Below are positions 60,209 to 64,000 of a stretch of DNA of 64,000 bases, piece by piece. A program made the position numbers and the translations under genes. Position 1 is the stretch's first letter. The number at the start of each line of letters is the position of its first letter. The notes under the pieces are model-generated. The model was not told the origin of the DNA. It saw only the letters and a list, made by a program, of their open reading frames with translations, and did not search any database. The stretch is from Bradymonadia bacterium (GTDB lineage: Bacteria; Myxococcota_A; Bradymonadia; UBA7976; UBA1532), in NCBI GenBank assembly GCA_046290225.1, contig JBKAGE010000042.1, forward strand, positions 1 through 64,000, in the 5' to 3' direction.

Positions 60209-61909
60209 ATGAAACCACCAGAACATTCGCTCAATGTCGCCCTCGAGGTGCCCCGGACAGAGGCTGAAGGTCCAGGGCTACGCTATGCCCTCTGGGTGCA
60301 GGGCTGCCCCATGCGCTGCCCTGGCTGCTGCAACCCCGAGATGCTCTCCTTCGAAGCCAGAACGCGGCGTCTGGTGCACGACATCGTCCGTGATGTGCGC
60401 GCCGCCGATGTCGAGGGCATCAGCGTGCTTGGTGGGGAGCCCTTCGCTCAGGCCGGGGCCCTCGCCGTGCTTGCCGAAGCCGTGCGTGCTCATGGCCTGA
60501 CCGTCATGATCTACACCGGCTTCACCCTGGCAGAGCTGCACGCACAGGGTCGAACCGACCCTGCCGTCACACGGCTGCTCGACGCCACTGACTTGCTCGT
60601 GGACGGCCGCTATGAGGCCGCTCAACGTACACTCGATCGACGGTGGATCGGCTCGACCAACCAGCAAATGCACTTTTTGTCGGCAGCGTACGCCGAGGGC
60701 GATCCGCGCATGCGCCAGGGCAACACCCTGGAGCTTCGGCTGGTGAACGGCGAAGTGCAGCTCAATGGCTGGCCTGCCCTCGGCGCCCGCACACGTCTGG
60801 GCAGGGGCAGGGGCAAGGCCCCACAACACGTGGCAGCGCACCGCCTCGACGAAGCAGAGGGCCACGCCCTCGCCGTGGCCCGAGGCATGATGGGCGGCCG
60901 ATGGCAACTGCCCGAGACCTCAGTCACCATCAAAACCCCACGGGTGGCGCTGGCCACCGCCGCCAGCGAGCTCATCGGGCGCAAGGCCCTGCAATACATG
61001 ACCGAGCAGGGGGGCCACCGCGAGCGGGCGGTACTTCGACGCGGCCGGCGTATGCGTGGGCGCATCTGGGATGCTGAGCTCAACGCTGACTTCAACCTGC
61101 GCTACACCATCGCCACCGAGCGCCTCTGGCGTCTGGGGGTGCGGGTGTTGCCCATGATCGTGGGCACTCAGAACGACAGCACCGGGTTCAAGCGCAGCAT
61201 CAAGGGCTGGCTCAGGGTGGACGGCACCGACTCGGGCGACTGGCTGGTGTATCTGATCGCCCTCGAGAACATTCGACGGCTCAATCTCAATCACTGGAGA
61301 CAGATCGAGATCGAGAGCCGGCTCGCCCACGGCTCCCCCCTCGTGGCACTGGCCACGCTGAGGACCAGCAACCCGGAGCAGGTTCAGACCTTGATCCGCA
61401 GACCCTCGGTCCGGCTGGTGGAATGCCTCGAAGACCCCCTCGTCGAGCACTGGCTGCACACTCTGCAGCGCCAACCCGAGACCAACGCTCAGGCTCAAGT
61501 CTGGCAGTATCGGGCCCAGGTGCTCACTCAATGGCTCGACACCCTCTACGACGCCCAACGCCTCGACCTCGCTCGAGGTGTCATGCGATTGCTCCGACGT
61601 TGGATCGACGCCTTGAGCACACGTGAGGTGGGTGATCCAGAGCGGGCGGGCTTGGCGGCGCAGCGCATACGGGCACAGCTGAGCGCCAGCACGGCGAGAG
61701 AGACCCAGCAACTGGGGCAGAGTGTGGGGCGCATCTTTGCCCTCGGCGATCGGCTCGACGCCTTGAGACGTGAGATGGCCGCAGCCCACTATGGCGACGA
61801 CCGGTACGAAGAGGCTCAGCTGTACCTTGCTGACTACGAATCCTGGTATGCCGACGACGCCCTCACCGCCCCCGAGGTGTCACGACAACTGAGCGGCGTG
61901 GTGCGATAG
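60209..61909 (+). CDS. NrdG-like radical SAM protein fused to a large helical C-terminal domain
   Basis: EGPGLRYALWVQGCPMRCPGCCNP (CxxxCxxC), LGGEPF, YTGF, DLLVDGRY, GSTNQ in the first ~195 aa, then ~370 extra residues in frame. Confidence 0.85.
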   Translation: MKPPEHSLNVALEVPRTEAEGPGLRYALWVQGCPMRCPGCCNPEMLSFEARTRRLVHDIVRDVRAADVEGISVLGGEPFAQAGALAVLAEAVRAHGLTVMIYTGFTLAELHAQGRTDPAVTRLLDATDLLVDGRYEAAQRTLDRRWIGSTNQQMHFLSAAYAEGDPRMRQGNTLELRLVNGEVQLNGWPALGARTRLGRGRGKAPQHVAAHRLDEAEGHALAVARGMMGGRWQLPETSVTIKTPRVALATAASELIGRKALQYMTEQGGHRERAVLRRGRRMRGRIWDAELNADFNLRYTIATERLWRLGVRVLPMIVGTQNDSTGFKRSIKGWLRVDGTDSGDWLVYLIALENIRRLNLNHWRQIEIESRLAHGSPLVALATLRTSNPEQVQTLIRRPSVRLVECLEDPLVEHWLHTLQRQPETNAQAQVWQYRAQVLTQWLDTLYDAQRLDLARGVMRLLRRWIDALSTREVGDPERAGLAAQRIRAQLSASTARETQQLGQSVGRIFALGDRLDALRREMAAAHYGDDRYEEAQLYLADYESWYADDALTAPEVSRQLSGVVR

Positions 61910-62056
61910 CAAGAGCCCACTTCACAGGGTGCGACATGGGCTTACTGCAGGCTCTGCAGATCGGCCTGCAGGTTTCGCCGGCGAGATCTGCCCCCCCACA
62001 GCCACCCCCCACCTAAAACACTGAAAACATTCACCTCCCCATCTGTATTCCCAAGC

Positions 62057-62072
62057 TGGCATGCGTCGTGCT
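62057..62072 (+). promoter_or_regulatory. Putative sigma54 promoter
   Basis: TGGCAT-GCGTC-GTGCT (GG-N10-GC) about 45 bp upstream of the ATG at 62118. Confidence 0.55.
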
Positions 62073-62117
62073 CAAGGGATCATGCAGACGCAGCGCACAG
62101 CTTTCACGGGAGAACTC

Positions 62118-63590
62118 ATGAACCGCTCTTCACTCTACTCATCTCTACTTCTGGCCCTGTTGGCCTTCGGGTGTGACAACACCGAGCTGACCGACACGGA
62201 GACGGCTGAAGACGAAATCAACGCCAACGTCTCCGAAGACGAAGCGGCCGCACGACCTCGCCGTGGCGCTCCGCCGCCCCCCCCTCCTCGCGGCGAGAAC
62301 CCTCCTCCTCCGGGTGGTGATGCTCCCCCACCGCCGCCTCCGGGCGACGATGTCCCCCCGGGGGAGGAGGATCCTATCGACGACGAGCCGCCCATGGACG
62401 ACCCCGTCGATGATGATCCGATCGACGATGAGCCCCCGGCAGACGATCCGATCGACGATGACCCCATCGATGATGACCCCATCGATGACGAGCCCCCGGC
62501 AGATGATGATCCTGTGGGTGAAGTGCTCGACTTGCCCGCGCAGCCGTTCAACTACGCCAACCCCAACTACCCCGCCCACTACCGTCAGGGGCCCGGCGGT
62601 GGGGCCCTGGCCACCGACAGCGCGCCACCGAACAACCCGGTGACCGACGCTGGGGCCACCTTGGGCCGTGTGTTGTTCTACGACACCAACCTGAGCCGCA
62701 ACCGCACCACGTCGTGTGCCTCGTGCCACGTGCCGGAGATCGGCTTCTCAGACAACGCTGTATTCAGCGAGGGCTTCGACGGTGGCCTCACCGGTCGCCA
62801 CTCCATGGGCTTGACCAACGCTCGGTTCAACCCCGGAGGCCGCTACTTCTGGGACGAGCGCGCCGCCACCCTGGAAGATCAGGTGCTCGGGCCGATTCAG
62901 GACGAGGTCGAGATGGGCATGACCCTCGACGAGATGGAGCAGCGCCTGCGGACCCTGGACTACTACCCGGCCCTCTTCGAGGCGGCCTTCGGCGACGACG
63001 ACATCGACTCGGAGCGGGTGAGCCTGGCCCTGGCCCAGTTCGTCCGCAGCATGGTGAGCTTCGAGAGCCGCTACGACGAAGGCCGGGCTCAGGTGAACAA
63101 CCCTGGCCAGCCCTTCCCGAACTTCACCGCCGAGGAGAACCGCGGAAAGCAAATCTACCTCGGCCCCGCCGGCAACGGCGGCGGTGGCTGCGCGGCGTGC
63201 CACGGTGTGGAGTCGTTCTCTGCGCCCCGGCCCACCAACAACGGCCTCGACATCGCAAGCGAGGACGACGGCATCGGCGGTGTCACCGGCAACGCCAACC
63301 AGATCGCCGTGTTCCGCACGCCTTCGCTCCGGAACATTGGGGTCCGGCCGCCCTACATGCACGACGGTCGCTTCCGCAACCTGCAGCAGGTGGTGGCCTT
63401 CTACAACAACGGGGTGCAGCCCCACCGCAACCTGAGCCCCCCGCTCCGGGCCCCTGGCCCTGGTCCGGTCCGGGCGGTGCGCCTCGGCCTCTCTCCTGCT
63501 GACCAGGCTGCGCTGGTGGCCTTCATGCACACCCTCACCGACGAGGCCATGATAGAAGACGAGAAGTTCAGCGACCCCTTCATCGACTGA
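62118..63590 (+). CDS. Di-heme cytochrome c peroxidase/MauG-family lipoprotein
   Basis: Lipobox AFGC, Pro and DDPID repeats, LGRVLFYD, CASCH, FWDERA, CAACH, FRTPSLRN, PYMHDG. Confidence 0.93.
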   Translation: MNRSSLYSSLLLALLAFGCDNTELTDTETAEDEINANVSEDEAAARPRRGAPPPPPPRGENPPPPGGDAPPPPPPGDDVPPGEEDPIDDEPPMDDPVDDDPIDDEPPADDPIDDDPIDDDPIDDEPPADDDPVGEVLDLPAQPFNYANPNYPAHYRQGPGGGALATDSAPPNNPVTDAGATLGRVLFYDTNLSRNRTTSCASCHVPEIGFSDNAVFSEGFDGGLTGRHSMGLTNARFNPGGRYFWDERAATLEDQVLGPIQDEVEMGMTLDEMEQRLRTLDYYPALFEAAFGDDDIDSERVSLALAQFVRSMVSFESRYDEGRAQVNNPGQPFPNFTAEENRGKQIYLGPAGNGGGGCAACHGVESFSAPRPTNNGLDIASEDDGIGGVTGNANQIAVFRTPSLRNIGVRPPYMHDGRFRNLQQVVAFYNNGVQPHRNLSPPLRAPGPGPVRAVRLGLSPADQAALVAFMHTLTDEAMIEDEKFSDPFID

Positions 63591-63596
63591 GCTTTA

Positions 63597-63755
63597 GAGG
63601 CCCTAACAAAACGGCTCCCGTCGCCAGTGCTGCGATGCACTTCGCGAGGCGGCAAAAACCGTCCTCGACGATGCAACAGCATCGCCTGCGGGTATTTCTG
63701 ACGCCTCACTCGCGCCTCACAACCCTGGCTCGGTCCGTCGTTGTGTTAGGACCTC
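63597..63755. mobile_element. MITE family A, 159 bp (inverted relative to the 41341 copy)
   Basis: GAGGCCCTAACA...TGTTAGGACCTC, flanked by TTA on both sides. Confidence 0.88.
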
Positions 63756-63790
63756 TTAGACTGGCCGCTGTGTCCGCAGAGTGAAGGATC

Positions 63791-63830
63791 AAAAAAGCCC
63801 GGGCTGCACAGCCCGGGCTTCTCTTTGTTT
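63791..63830. terminator. Bidirectional rho-independent terminator
   Basis: AAAAAA-GCCCGGGCTG-CA-CAGCCCGGGC-TTCTCTTTGTTT between convergent genes. Confidence 0.8.
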
Positions 63831-63891
63831 AGAACATGTATCTAAACATATATGACCAGTAAAAAATGAATCTGGTTTGAACTGAAAATAG

Positions 63892-64000
63892 TTAGCTATC
63901 GAAGACGAATAGCTGCTCGAAGTTGGCGATGCGGAGCACCCTGACCGCCTCATCGTCAAGGTTGATGAGGGGTAAACGTGTGTACGTGTTCAAGCCCAGA
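63892..64000 (-). CDS. 3' end of a probable STAS (anti-anti-sigma) domain protein, partial
   Basis: Minus frame reads LGLNTYTRLPLINLDDEAVRVLRIANFEQLFVFDS*, resembling STAS C-termini. Confidence 0.45.
   Translation of the reverse strand, partial: LGLNTYTRLPLINLDDEAVRVLRIANFEQLFVFDS

Noticed and set aside
62370..62515. GACGATCCGATCGAC-like tandem repeats
   Set aside because: In-frame DDPID low-complexity linker of the peroxidase; no spacers and no cas genes, so not CRISPR.

Overview
GC-rich chromosomal window, most likely from a myxobacterium-like deltaproteobacterium (MYXO-CTERM motif, PEGA Ser/Thr kinase, multi-PilZ protein, many lipoproteins, sigma54-type promoters; taxonomy is inference). 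It holds about 48 mostly housekeeping or accessory CDS, including trpS, an MscS/MscK-like channel, moaB, phhA, a P450, a multiheme cytochrome-TPR protein, prkA-yeaH-spoVR, an S1 protein and apbE. The most unusual locus is 38.4-39.8 kb: a divergent nucleoside hydrolase gene is flanked by two non-canonical tRNA-like genes (GCA and CAT anticodons) and followed by a near-canonical tRNA-Pro(GGG). Both odd RNAs have a 1-nt acceptor/D connector, a tiny D-loop and an extended anticodon stem. Other points of note: an intein with LAGLIDADG and LacI-type HTH motifs in spoVR; a 159-bp MITE family (three copies, 3-bp target duplications, compensatory changes); a second multi-hairpin repeat family with covariation; an IS3-family end truncating a lower-GC TPR gene; a 1422-aa protein with an internal MYXO-CTERM followed by a second lipoprotein signal; and a radical SAM fusion protein. 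All calls come from reading motifs by eye, no searches were run, and several start codons are best guesses.
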